A DNA stretch of 64,000 bases from Candidatus Bathyarchaeota archaeon (GTDB taxonomy: Archaea > Thermoproteota > Bathyarchaeia > Bathyarchaeales > Bathycorpusculaceae): positions 224,001 through 288,000 of the forward strand of contig CAVRFW010000009.1 of NCBI GenBank assembly GCA_963720565.1. Reading direction: 5' to 3'. The notes under the pieces are model-generated. The model was not told the origin of the DNA. It did no database searches and saw only the letters and a program-made list of their open reading frames with translations. Position numbers and translations under genes: made by a program. Below, in pieces: positions 45,208 through 54,982 of this stretch (within the stretch, counting starts at the first letter, position 1; every line of letters begins with the position of its first letter).

Positions 45208-45867
45208 TTGGTACTTCCAGCGGAAACAGAGGAACGTGTGAAACGTAGAGCATTGAACGCCTGTCAGGATAACTTACGTAAGGTTGTGGATTTAACAAGG
45301 AAAATTCCTCAGATGGTTGAGCATTTTGCTAAGGGCGATAAGGATTCTGCTAGGCAGCTTTTTAGTGAAATCAAGCAGGGTGAAGAAGAGGTCATAAAGT
45401 CGAGGCGTATGGTTTCGCAGGAACTCGCTGAGATTGGGGCTATTTTGCTTAGCAGGGAAGATTTTTTGAGGTTTACGAACCAGTCGAGTGAGATTGCTGA
45501 TTTCTCAGAGGGAACGGCTCATTACATTTTGGAGATTATGGAGCATAACTGGAATGTTTCGAGTGACATAAAGAAGGATTTGTTGAAGCTTTCGGAGGCG
45601 GTTCTTGATTCGGTGCTTAAGCTTAGGGAGACGATGATGGTTCTAAGCTATGGGCCGGCTAAGACCTTGGACAAGGCCAAGGACGTTGAGGTTGCGGAAC
45701 GAATCGTTGATGACATTTACAGAGCGCTTTTGATCAGGATTCTCACAGGCAAGTTGGATATTCCTGTGTTGCTGCTGTTGAAGGATGTTCTTCAGCTTCT
45801 TGAGAACTCTGCGGACAAAGCTGAAGATGCTGCTGATACTGCGCGGATGATTTCCTTAATCTTGTAA
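45208..45867 (+). CDS. DUF47/PhoU-like helical protein
   Basis: REDF..F, E...DD.YR, LE..ADKAEDAAD repeated helical motifs. Confidence 0.85.
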   Translation: MVLPAETEERVKRRALNACQDNLRKVVDLTRKIPQMVEHFAKGDKDSARQLFSEIKQGEEEVIKSRRMVSQELAEIGAILLSREDFLRFTNQSSEIADFSEGTAHYILEIMEHNWNVSSDIKKDLLKLSEAVLDSVLKLRETMMVLSYGPAKTLDKAKDVEVAERIVDDIYRALLIRILTGKLDIPVLLLLKDVLQLLENSADKAEDAADTARMISLIL

Positions 45868-45886
45868 TTGAGAGCGACGCGATTCC

Positions 45887-46441
45887 ATGGTCAAGATTGA
45901 AGTAGAGCTGATTGAGAATTTTCTGGTTGTTTGGGATTCCACAAAAGGCTCGGAGCTCTACAAGACGGGGTATTATGGAAAACCGCTTGGTATCGCGAAG
46001 CCCAAGATTCCTGAGTTCACTGTGCCGCTTCTTTTGGATTTGATGGAGGGCGTGTACTTGGCTGAGACTGGGAAAATAGCCGTTCATGAGGGTGAAGACA
46101 AGCAAAGGGTTAGTGTCAAGAAGCTCAAGCAAAAGGCTAAGCTGTTGTATGAGGATTTTGACCCGAAATACGCGGTGTACCGTGATTTGCGGGATAGCGG
46201 GTTGATTGTTACGCCGGGAATAAAGTTTGGTTGCGATTTCGCTGTTTACAAGTATGGTCCGGGTGTGGAGCATGCGCCTTACATGGTTTCGGTTAAGAAG
46301 TCGGGTTCGAGTATTTCGGCTACTGAGATTGTTAAGGCTGGTAGGTTGGCGACGACTGTGAGGAAGCGTTTTATAATTGCTGTTCCGGATTTGGCTGTTG
46401 AGAAAACGCAGTACTTGATTTTTAAGTGGTTTAAGGCTTAG
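45887..46441 (+). CDS. endA: tRNA-intron (BHB) endonuclease
   Basis: L.L.E..YL, VYRDLR..G..V..G.KFG.DF.VY..GP..EHA, GRLA..VRK with catalytic Y/H/K. Confidence 0.95.
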   Translation: MVKIEVELIENFLVVWDSTKGSELYKTGYYGKPLGIAKPKIPEFTVPLLLDLMEGVYLAETGKIAVHEGEDKQRVSVKKLKQKAKLLYEDFDPKYAVYRDLRDSGLIVTPGIKFGCDFAVYKYGPGVEHAPYMVSVKKSGSSISATEIVKAGRLATTVRKRFIIAVPDLAVEKTQYLIFKWFKA

Positions 46442-47733
46442 CTTGGCATGATGGTTTGGTTTTGGAATTCTCCTCGTATGTTCTGGTGAGGATAGATTTT
46501 TGTGGTGGATAGTACGCTGCCTGGATCGATGGTTACGTCGTCTGCGACGACTGATATGGCGTTTATTTTTGTTGGTTTAGTTCGGGTTGAGCGGACGGTG
46601 GTGTGTCTTCCTATGATGCTGTCAAGTACTTCTGCTTCTTCGCCTATTATTGTTCTGTCCATGATTGCGGAGTTTTCTATTACGGCGTTTTTGCCGATTT
46701 TTGTGTAGTTGTCTATGCATGAGTTGACGATTCTTGCGCCGTCGTCTATTTGGCAGTGTCTTCCGATGAGGACGGCTCCTTCGATTTGGATTTTGTGTTG
46801 TTTTATTTTTTGTATGATTTCGTCTCTTCTTTGTTCAGATTCGTTGCTTTCGCCTTGTACCCATATTGGTGTTTTTTCGTTTAGTTGTCCTCCGAAGTCT
46901 GTTATTTTTGTGAAGCTGCCGTGTAGGAGATTTTGCATTGCTTCTAGGTAGTTTTTGGGTGTGCCTACGTCGAACCAGTTGCCTTTGAGGGTGTAGCCGT
47001 AGACTGGGTATCCTGCTTCTATGATGTAGGGGATGAAGTCGTAGCCGAAGTCTAGTCTGTGTTTTTCTTCGGTCATTTGTTTGACTGGTTTTTCTTTGAA
47101 GATTTTTCTTACTTCGGGTGAGATTACGTAGAGGCCGGTGTTTGCGAGGTTGGATGGGGCGTTTTTTGGCATGGGTTTTTCGACGAATCTGCGGATGCGG
47201 TTGTTTTTGTCGATGTCTGCGATGCCTAGGCCTTCGACGTTTTGTACTTCGCGGAGTACTATGGTCATGGCTGCGGCTTTGTCTGTGTGGAAGTTTATGA
47301 GGTCTTTTACGTCTATGTCGAAGATGTTGTCGCCTTGTACTGCGAAGACTGGTTGTTTTATGTCGTAGTATTCCATGTTTATTCTGGCGCTGTCGGCGCT
47401 TCCGTAGTCTTCTACGTTTGGTTGGTATTTTATGTGGATGCGGGGTTTGATGTTGTATCTTACGGAGAAGCCGATGCCTGTTTGGAAGTAGTCGTAGAGG
47501 TCTCTGTAGTTTGTGTAGCCTTTGACTCCGAAGATGTAGTTTTTTATGCCTTGGGTGGCGAGTGAGAAGAGTGAGAATTCGACTAGTGGTCTGTTTAGTA
47601 TTCGGAGGCATGCTTTGCTTGTTTCTGCTGTGAGAGGCAGGAGGCGTGTTGCTCTTCCGCCTACTGGGATTATTGCTCGGATTTTTTCTGGAGTGTACTT
47701 GTCAGCTAATAGGGGAGCGTAGTTGTCGCTCAA
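46438..47733 (-). CDS. NDP-sugar pyrophosphorylase (nucleotidyltransferase + left-handed beta-helix)
   Basis: IPVGGRATRL.PLT...K, QGDN, RFVEKP, ANTGLY, WFDVGTP, C-terminal hexapeptide repeats. Confidence 0.92.
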   Translation of the reverse strand: MSDNYAPLLADKYTPEKIRAIIPVGGRATRLLPLTAETSKACLRILNRPLVEFSLFSLATQGIKNYIFGVKGYTNYRDLYDYFQTGIGFSVRYNIKPRIHIKYQPNVEDYGSADSARINMEYYDIKQPVFAVQGDNIFDIDVKDLINFHTDKAAAMTIVLREVQNVEGLGIADIDKNNRIRRFVEKPMPKNAPSNLANTGLYVISPEVRKIFKEKPVKQMTEEKHRLDFGYDFIPYIIEAGYPVYGYTLKGNWFDVGTPKNYLEAMQNLLHGSFTKITDFGGQLNEKTPIWVQGESNESEQRRDEIIQKIKQHKIQIEGAVLIGRHCQIDDGARIVNSCIDNYTKIGKNAVIENSAIMDRTIIGEEAEVLDSIIGRHTTVRSTRTKPTKINAISVVADDVTIDPGSVLSTTKIYPHQNIRGEFQNQTIMPS

Positions 47734-47879
47734 AACGGATTCCTCATAAACCTTATAGTCTACTTATCAAGTGCGGAGCGTATTAACCTTTTCAACCTGG
47801 TTTTTGCCTGATTAGAAAATGTTTCAGGGTCTTGCGCTTTGCCTTGTGGTGCTGTTGTCTTTTGGGGTTTTGTGTTGTG

Positions 47880-48333
47880 TTATTTTCCTGGTTTTTTGAA
47901 GGTGGGTAGTCTGAGGATGTGTATGCTTACTGCGGCTGCGATGGCAATCATGATAATTTGCATTGGCAAGAGTAGTTGCGGTGGTAGCAGGCGGTTTAGT
48001 AGGAAGACGGTTGAGATGATGATGGTTGTCCATAGGACGGTTAGGGCGGTTATTTTTGTTCTTCAGGGGGAGTCCTTTGCCTTCTTTGTAGTTTTTGATG
48101 TATTCTCCGAAGTATTTGTTGTTTAGTAGCCAGTTGTACATTCTTGGTGAGCTTTTGCAGAAGCATGCTGCTGAGGCTAGGAGGAAGGGGGTGGTTGGGA
48201 GAATGGGTAGTACCATTCCGATGGTGCCTAGGACTAGGCAGATTAGTCCTGCGGTGAGCCACAGTGCCTTCGTGATTGTCCGTGGTTTCTTCTTGTCGCA
48301 TGCTAAAGTTGGTGAAGGGTTTGTTTCGTTCAT
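47880..48333 (-). pseudogene. YbaN/DUF454 membrane protein, one extra base at ~48060 (possibly a sequencing error)
   Basis: LG.IG..LP.LPTTPFLL.SA.CF.KSS.R...WL...YFG.YI..Y motif; the TM tail (KITALTVLW...RLPTFKKPGK*) is in another frame. Confidence 0.8.
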
Positions 48334-48500
48334 GCTTTTTCTCCTTTCTGCCGTGGCGGGTTTTTGGTGTTTTGTTTGTGGGTTTGGTTCTTTTTTGTTC
48401 CTAAAAAGGGTTTGTTGTTGCTAAAAGTTGCTTTTTGTTGTTTTTGAGTATATTTTTATAACTTGGTCGAGGCTAATGTTTGTCTAAGCGGGGTTCATGT

Positions 48501-49356
48501 GTGACGGATAGAGTGCGTAGCTTTGTTCGGTTGATGCGGCCTGTAAACTGTGTGATGATGGGTTTCGCGGTCTTCGTTGGTGCGGTCTTGGCGAGTCCGC
48601 AGTTTGTTGGTGATTGGTGGTTTAGGGTGGTTTATGGTTTTTTAACGGGGTTTTGTTTGACGGCGGCTTCTATGGCTCTTAATGACTATTACGATCGTGC
48701 GATTGACGCTATCAATGAGCCGTCGAGGCCGATCCCGAGTGGCGCCGTCAGTGTGAGGGAAGCATTGGGTGTTGTCGTGGTTTTGGCGGCGTTGGGTTTT
48801 GTGTTTGCTTATCTAGCCAGTTTTGTTTGTTTGGGTGTTGCTGTTTTTGCTTGGATAATTCTTGTTGGTTATGTCACGGTTGGAAAGCGCGCTGGGTTAG
48901 CTGGCAACTTTTTGGTTGCTGCGTGTGTGTCTCTTCCTTTTATTTACGGGAGCGTGGCGGTTACTGATCAGGTGCAGTTGAATGTTTTGCTTTTTTCGTC
49001 TATGGCTTTTCTTAGCAATATCGGAAGGGAAGTGACTAAGGGCATAGTTGATGTTAAGGGTGACAGTGCAGAGGGCGTTAAGACCGTGGCCGTGCGTTAC
49101 GGAGAGAAGAACGCTGCAGTTGTAGCCTCGTTTGTTCTATCTTTCGGCTGTGGCTTTGACGCCGGTTCCGCCGGTTCTTGATTTGGTTTCTTTCTGGTTT
49201 ATTCCCATTGTCTTGATTACGGACGTGGGCTTAATCGTGTGTTCTGTCCTTCTGCTGAAAGACTATTCTAGGGAAAACGCTAGGAGAATCAAGAAGCTGG
49301 TTCTTCTATTGTTCCTGGTTGGTTTGCTGGCGTTCCTAGCTGGAGTCGTCAGGTGA
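48501..49356 (+). CDS. UbiA-family digeranylgeranylglyceryl phosphate synthase, one extra T at ~49131-49133
   Basis: RL.RP.N, NDYYD..ID.IN.P.RPIPSG, RE..KGIVD..GD...G..T motifs; C-terminus continues as ORF 49132..49356. Confidence 0.88.
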
Positions 49357-50084
49357 GGCATGTGCTTAACTCCGAAGCCCTCTTCAACATAGGTTTGCTG
49401 ATAGTGTGTTACGGGTATATTCTGTTTATTATTTTCTTGTCGGAGAAGATGATCAGCGTTTTTCATGTTTCGCGCAAGTCTTCCCGCAAGGTTTTGCACT
49501 CGATGATTGGGAATCTGGTTTTCTTTATTCCCTTCTTTACTTTCAATTCTCTTCCGCTGAATTTTCCTTTCTTTGTTGCCGCCCCGTTTGTTCTTGTAAC
49601 GTTTTTGGCGACTCCCTACTCGCCATTTAAGGGTGTTTCTGAGCGATTGAAGGGCTTGTCGGACATAACCGAGGGTGGACATCAGACCGGTCTGGTTTTC
49701 TACGCCATATCCTACACGGTTTTGGCGTTGCTTTTCTCAGCGAAACCATACGTTATCGCGGCTGGAATTTTGCCTATGGCTTATGGTGATGCTTCTGCAG
49801 CTCTTATCGGAGAGAAATATGGTAAGAGGCGCTATCGCGTCTTCGCCAAGAAAAGTCTTGAGGGATCCCTCACCATGCTTTTGGTTACTTTTGTGGCCTT
49901 CTTTGGAGTTTTAGCGTTTCATTCCAGTTTATACGGTTTTTCAGTTTTCAACTATCTTCTTGCTGCATTTGGCGTAGCCTTAGTGGCGACTTTGGCTGAG
50001 GCGTTTTCCCCCTTAGGCATTGACAACATCACGGTGCCGGCTCTGGGTGCTTTGACTTTTCTGCTTCTAAGCGGAGGCCTATAG
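49353..50084 (+). CDS. Dolichol/phytol/diacylglycerol kinase-like membrane protein
   Basis: SRK..H, YGDASAALIG..YG, KKSLEGS, E..SP.G.DN.TVP. Confidence 0.85.
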   Translation: MRHVLNSEALFNIGLLIVCYGYILFIIFLSEKMISVFHVSRKSSRKVLHSMIGNLVFFIPFFTFNSLPLNFPFFVAAPFVLVTFLATPYSPFKGVSERLKGLSDITEGGHQTGLVFYAISYTVLALLFSAKPYVIAAGILPMAYGDASAALIGEKYGKRRYRVFAKKSLEGSLTMLLVTFVAFFGVLAFHSSLYGFSVFNYLLAAFGVALVATLAEAFSPLGIDNITVPALGALTFLLLSGGL

Positions 50085-50085
50085 A

Positions 50086-50652
50086 GTGCCTTTCATAGTG
50101 ATTGATGGGCTTGACGCTTCTGGAAAGGATACTCAGGCTGTTCGTCTCTTCAACCATCTGAACGCTGCAGGTAACAGGATTTGCCTGCGTTTTCACCCTT
50201 CCCCAGACAATTTTTTCGGAGTTAAGGCAAAGCTGTTTCTGTATTCCAAAGGCAAAAGTGCGCACTTCGCATCCGCTTTGTTCTATATGCTTGATGTTAT
50301 ACGGTCGATTCTTCTTTTTACCAGGCGAGACTACAATTATGTTATTTTTGTTCGCTATTTGATGGGCACGGCTTACTTGCCTTCGCCCCTACACAAGGTT
50401 GCTTACCATTTCTTCGCTCTTGTAGTGCCGAAATCTGATGCGATGTTTTTCCTTGATATTTCTCCTGAAGAGGCTTATCGCAGGATACGGACACGTTCAG
50501 ATCAGGAAAGATTTGAGGCGCTGCCGGAGCTTAGAAAAGTTCGCGGCAAAGCCCTCTCTTTGGCTCTGATTGGGAAATGGATTATTTTGGACGCTGGCAA
50601 ACCCGTGGATGCTGTGGAAAAGGATATCCGAGAATGTATCGGTTCGATCTAG
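50086..50652 (+). CDS. tmk: Thymidylate kinase family protein
   Basis: FIVIDGLDASGKDTQ P-loop, VRY, P.....FLD..PEEA..R. Confidence 0.8.
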   Translation: MPFIVIDGLDASGKDTQAVRLFNHLNAAGNRICLRFHPSPDNFFGVKAKLFLYSKGKSAHFASALFYMLDVIRSILLFTRRDYNYVIFVRYLMGTAYLPSPLHKVAYHFFALVVPKSDAMFFLDISPEEAYRRIRTRSDQERFEALPELRKVRGKALSLALIGKWIILDAGKPVDAVEKDIRECIGSI

Positions 50653-50740
50653 AATCTATGGGCGATTCTGGACTTGCTGGTTTTTGTTTTTGGCGGTAAA
50701 TTGAATAACAAGTCCGAAGTAACATTGGTGGCGATGTTTT

Positions 50741-50965
50741 GTGAACCTTGAGGAGTACACCAAAGAAAGGTTGTGGGATTTGCTTGTGGAGGCAGTCCAC
50801 GCTTCTGTAATGTATCCGAATCATAAAGCTTACACGCGGGACACTGTTCTGCCTGGAAAGGCCGATGTGGCTCCGGTGGAATTGGCGCACCGGCTGAATA
50901 TGCCTCTGGGCGAAGCCATAGTAATTTTAGATGAATTGGCAGCGGAAAAAACGAGCTCGGGCTAG
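50741..50965 (+). CDS. Small hypothetical protein with possible HTH
   Basis: 74-aa ORF filling the gap; ELAHRLNMPLGEA..IL resembles a helix-turn-helix. Confidence 0.65.
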   Translation: MNLEEYTKERLWDLLVEAVHASVMYPNHKAYTRDTVLPGKADVAPVELAHRLNMPLGEAIVILDELAAEKTSSG

Positions 50966-52023
50966 AGGACTTGAACGCTTGAAGCTTTGAAGACTATGAA
51001 GACCTCGTGGCCTAAGTTTAGGCCCATCTCGGTGAAAGACCTCTTGGTTATTTGAACCGTGAAAGGTTTGCCCGCGTCAACTCTGAGCTTCACGAGTGAA
51101 CCCGTGTCGGTAACTTCTGTGATTATGCCTTTGAAAACATTTCTAGCGCTGGACTCGATTGGTTTCTCAGACAAGATTATGTCTTGTGGGTTTATGAAAA
51201 TGCTGGTTTCGCCTTGTCTTTGACTGGTTATCTCGATTTTCACGCCGTTTCCTATGTCTACGATTGTTGATCCTTCTTCTGTTAATGAGGCGGTCCCTCT
51301 GAATGTGTTGCGGAGTGCGGCGAAGCTTGCGATGTTCTTGGATAGTTTTCCGAAAATTTCCGTTGGTTCTCCGATTTCGGTGATTTTTCCCTCGTTGATT
51401 AGTGCGATGCGGTGGGGTAGGGTCTTGGCTTGGAACATGTTATGTGTTGCCATTACGATGGTGAGTTTGTTTTGGCGGTTTGCTGCGTCTATTACTTCTT
51501 CGATAATTTCGGCGTTTTTCGGATCCAAGTTCGCAGTTGGTTCATCCAAGAGCAGAAGTTTGCTCTCGAGGACTAAGGCTCTGGCTATGGCTACTCTCTG
51601 TTGTTCTCCGCCTGAAAGCTTTCTTGCGGGTCGGTTCTCGAAACCTTCCAGTCTCACAAGTTTGAGGACTTTTCTTACTGCTTCGTCTTGAGCTTCTTTT
51701 GGGACTTTTCTGATTTTTAGGCCATAGGCAACATTGCTGTAGACTGATGTGTCGAAAAGGGTTGTTTTCTGAAAAACCAGTGTGGTTTTCAAGCGGGTTT
51801 TCTCTTCTTTTTTTGAGGTGATGGTTTCGCCTTCTAGCTTGACTTCACCACTTGAGGGGTTTTCAAGAAATGCCAGGATTTTCAAGATTGTTGTTTTTCC
51901 TGAGCCGTTAGGTCCCAGAAGTGCTAGTATTTCACCCTGTTGAATTTGTAGGTTCACGTTATCTAATACTGTTTTTTCTCCGTAACTCTTCGTTACGTTC
52001 TTCAATTCAGCTATTGCAGTCAT
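50962..52023 (-). CDS. tupC: Tungstate/molybdate ABC transporter ATPase with TOBE domain
   Basis: GPNGSGKTT, LSGGEQQR, LLDEPT, C-terminal SARN..G TOBE and FKAS. Confidence 0.9.
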   Translation of the reverse strand: MTAIAELKNVTKSYGEKTVLDNVNLQIQQGEILALLGPNGSGKTTILKILAFLENPSSGEVKLEGETITSKKEEKTRLKTTLVFQKTTLFDTSVYSNVAYGLKIRKVPKEAQDEAVRKVLKLVRLEGFENRPARKLSGGEQQRVAIARALVLESKLLLLDEPTANLDPKNAEIIEEVIDAANRQNKLTIVMATHNMFQAKTLPHRIALINEGKITEIGEPTEIFGKLSKNIASFAALRNTFRGTASLTEEGSTIVDIGNGVKIEITSQRQGETSIFINPQDIILSEKPIESSARNVFKGIITEVTDTGSLVKLRVDAGKPFTVQITKRSFTEMGLNLGHEVFIVFKASSVQVL

Positions 52024-52035
52024 CGCTTTTCCTCA

Positions 52036-52755
52036 CTATTGAGGTAATCTCCATATTGTTAGCAGCATTTTTGCCTTCCGAGCTGCGATAATAATCATGT
52101 TTATGGCAAAAACTATTAGCATTAAAAGTATGCCCAGTGCAATTGCCAAGTCTAGGTCTCCTCGTGCTGTGTAACGGGATATGGCTGTTGTGAGAACGTC
52201 GGTTAAGCCTGCAATGTTGCCACCGACGAGCAGAGCCACGCCCAATTCCGCTATAGCTCGGTTGAAGCTGGCTATGTTGGATAAGAGGACTCCGTTTATC
52301 GCTTCCTTTAAGACTGCTATTGAGGCTTGTGATTCTGAAGCGCCTAAGGTTTTGGCCAGCTTCATTATTTCGGGGTCAACAGCTTCGATGGCTGTTGTCA
52401 TAATGCTGACGAGGATGGGAGTCACGAGTATGGCTTCGCCTAGAATTATTGCGCCTGGCGTGTAGAGTAGTCCTAGAAATCCTAATGGGCCTCCTCTGGA
52501 GAATATTAGGAATAGAAATAGGCCCAAAACCACGGTGGGTATGCCTATCAACGTGTTAAACAATCCTTTAACTATGCTTTTGCCTCGGAAGTCTCTTAGT
52601 CCGAGCAGCATGGCTGTTGGGGTTCCCCAGAGCGTTGCTAGGATGACTGCGATACCTGAAAAAAAGAGGGTGCGGGAGACGATTCCATATAGCATGGGAT
52701 CGCCTGTGGCTATCAGCTGGAAAGCTTCTATTATGCCACCGAGTACGTCGACCAA
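52036..52755 (-). CDS. tupB: Tungstate ABC transporter permease
   Basis: F.GK, P.VV.GL, SR.GPLG, A.TLGAS, R.I.E.G....VGGNI, LTTAI. Confidence 0.9.
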   Translation of the reverse strand: MVDVLGGIIEAFQLIATGDPMLYGIVSRTLFFSGIAVILATLWGTPTAMLLGLRDFRGKSIVKGLFNTLIGIPTVVLGLFLFLIFSRGGPLGFLGLLYTPGAIILGEAILVTPILVSIMTTAIEAVDPEIMKLAKTLGASESQASIAVLKEAINGVLLSNIASFNRAIAELGVALLVGGNIAGLTDVLTTAISRYTARGDLDLAIALGILLMLIVFAINMIIIAARKAKMLLTIWRLPQ

Positions 52756-52767
52756 TGCTGTTTTCCT

Positions 52768-53784
52768 CTAGTGATAGAGGTCTGGGTAGCCGACTTCTGT
52801 ATTGCGTGGGGCATTCTGAGCCTTCTATGAAGGCGGCTTTTTCTATCCAGCCGACGACAGGTTGAGGTGCATCGTCTACGAGTGGTTGTACGGCGGGGAA
52901 GAATAGGCTTTGTCCATAGTCGTCTTTGCCGTAGTCTTCTATGAATTGTTGCGTTTCAGTTGAAACTAGGTAGACTATGAAGTCCATTGCGTCCTCGAAG
53001 TTTATCTTCTCATGGATTGTTTGGTTAGCTGCTACTGTCTGGTTGACTGCCATGGCGCTGTAAACGTTAAGTAGCGATTCAGCTTCGTCTATGAGTGCAA
53101 CCTCGGAGGTTATGCCGTCTTTCTCGTACTTCAGGAACGTTCCAATGTCGGATAAGTGTGTAGGCTAATTTCTCGTTTGCCACGTTGAGCGTGTCACCCA
53201 TGCCTGAGCCTGTAATTCCGAACCATGGTTCAGCAGAGATCAGTGTGTAGTTGTAGCCTGCTGATTTCCAGAGGCTTTGTTCTTTGGTGTGAGTGCCGGA
53301 GTTGTCTCCTCTGGAGATCCAGATTTTGGTTGTGCCTGACTGGTCAGTTAGGTTTCCTCCGTAGTTTGCAATGTTTCTTAGGGCTTCGGTTTGTGGTTTT
53401 TCCTTGGGTGTCTGCGGGGTCATTCTCTGGTCCTACTATGGTGAAGAAGTTGTAGGCTATTATTTTCCTGTTGACTCCCCAGCCTTCCTCGAGGAAAGTT
53501 TTTTCTTGCGATGGGGCGTGAACGAGGATTAGGTCTGCGTCACCGTTTTTCGCGTGCTGTATGGCTATTCCTGTTCCAGCGGATATTATGTTGATGTCTA
53601 CGTTTGGGTTTTTGGCTTCGTAGTCTTTTTCAAGTTCGTCTAGTAGTCCTGTGTCGTAGAGGCTTGTGGTTGTGGATATTATGAGTCTTCTTTTTGAGAG
53701 GTAGTTGAAGTAGACTAGTGTGCCTGCGATTACTATTATGGTTGCGAGTGCTGCGACTATGAGTAGTTTTTGCCAAGTTTGCAT
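52768..53784 (-). pseudogene. tupA: Tungstate-binding protein TupA, three extra bases (~53391, ~53154, ~52795; possibly sequencing errors)
   Basis: STTTS..DTGLL, GTG.A, G.AD...VHAP, SRGDNSGTH.KE, G.GMG.TL, YTLSD.GT, N.YS motifs spread over successive frames. Confidence 0.88.
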
Positions 53785-53794
53785 GTTTAAACAC

Positions 53795-53818
53795 CGTTAT
53801 GTTTTGTCATTCATCTCG
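53795..53818. promoter_or_regulatory. Putative ModE operator between the TATA box and the tupA start
   Basis: CGTTATGTT-N6-TTCATCTCG, an imperfect 24-bp dyad resembling the ModE box; adjacent TTTATAAA at 53824-53831. Confidence 0.55.
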
Positions 53819-53858
53819 CTAAATTTATAAACTTTCCCGTAAATATGCTCTAAACAGA

Positions 53859-54416
53859 ATGTCCACCTACAAAAAACATAAGCCCTCGGCAAAGATTTGG
53901 ATAGAACACAAAGGAAAGCCGCTGATAGGACAGGGAGGGGCAGAAATCTTGGAGGCCGTCGCAAAGGAAAATTCGTTGTCTGCTGCTGCAAAAACGCTGC
54001 ATATGTCTTACCGTTACTTGTGGAATTACATCCAGAAAATAGAGAAGACGTTGGGCGACCCCGTAGTCGACACGTACAAAGGCGGCAAAGCTGGAGGCGG
54101 TGGCGCGAAGCTCACAGTGCTTGGTCAAAACTTGCTCAGTGAGTACAAGAGAGTTGAGGGCTGTTTAGATAGGTTTCTTTCTGACCCTGATTATTGGGAG
54201 GTGATAGGTTTGAAAACAAGCGCTAGAAACCAGTTGAAGGGAAAAGTTGTTTCAGTCGAGAAAGATGGAATTATGGCGAAAGTGAAAATTGAAATTAATG
54301 TGCCCGCGGTGATCACTTCGGTCATTACTAAGGAAGCCGTTGAGGACTTGGGCATAAAAGTAGGTGATGAAGTCGTGGCTGTCGTGAAGTCAACAGAAGT
54401 GATGATTGCCAAATAG
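53859..54416 (+). CDS. modE: ModE-like molybdate/tungstate-responsive regulator (wHTH + TOBE)
   Basis: IG.G...LE, SLSAAAK.L.MSYR..W, GGKAGGGA.LT, SARNQL.G, VKST; divergent from tupABC. Confidence 0.93.
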   Translation: MSTYKKHKPSAKIWIEHKGKPLIGQGGAEILEAVAKENSLSAAAKTLHMSYRYLWNYIQKIEKTLGDPVVDTYKGGKAGGGGAKLTVLGQNLLSEYKRVEGCLDRFLSDPDYWEVIGLKTSARNQLKGKVVSVEKDGIMAKVKIEINVPAVITSVITKEAVEDLGIKVGDEVVAVVKSTEVMIAK

Positions 54417-54427
54417 TCTTTCTTTTT

Positions 54428-54982
54428 TTATTCTATGACGTAGCGGTAGGTTATGTAGTATTCGCCTGCCGTCTGGCTGTTTCTTTTCACTCTTAGGATG
54501 TCGCCTGGTTTTGCTCCGATGACTTTGACTGCGGGGTCTGTGGATTGTATTTGCGGCATCTGGTATGGCTGCACTTTGTACTTCGTAAGCAGTTCTTCTC
54601 TTTCTTTCTTTGTGAGGATTTCATGTTTGGGCACTAAAGCATGGTCGAAAATGTCGAAGACCGGGAATGATTTGGGCAGGAGCTCCACGTTCTTTTTCTT
54701 GGCGCCTTGCTTAACCGCGTGTGTGTAGCGTCCTTCGGTGACGACGATGGCGCGTTCCAGCTCTTTTTCTTTCATGACTTTGTAGAGCGTATTCATTGCT
54801 GCAATGCCTACTGTCGCTGAGCCAAGGATGCACCAGACCAGGGCTTTTTCTTTGTCTTCTGGAATGTTTATGGTGTAGCCGATTGCGCCTTCAAAAGTTT
54901 CTTTATTGATAAGCTTGTATTTTCTGAGCTTGATGAGGACTTCTGCCTTTCGCTCTTCGATGGTTTCAACTTTACTGCTCAA
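54428..54982 (-). CDS. rpo5: RNA polymerase subunit Rpo5/RpoH with an extra ~105-aa N-terminal domain (RPB5-like)
   Basis: C-terminal H.LVPKH.IL, P.I...DP, GAKPGD...V.R.S.TAG..YR; extra N-terminal alpha/beta domain. Confidence 0.93.
   Translation of the reverse strand: MSSKVETIEERKAEVLIKLRKYKLINKETFEGAIGYTINIPEDKEKALVWCILGSATVGIAAMNTLYKVMKEKELERAIVVTEGRYTHAVKQGAKKKNVELLPKSFPVFDIFDHALVPKHEILTKKEREELLTKYKVQPYQMPQIQSTDPAVKVIGAKPGDILRVKRNSQTAGEYYITYRYVIE

Noticed and set aside
46835..47611. 258-aa Arg/His/Lys/Gln-rich alternative-frame ORF, plus similar ORFs at 44179-44871 and 57872-58360
   Set aside because: They overlap well-supported genes; the strong strand bias depletes stop codons and creates spurious low-complexity ORFs
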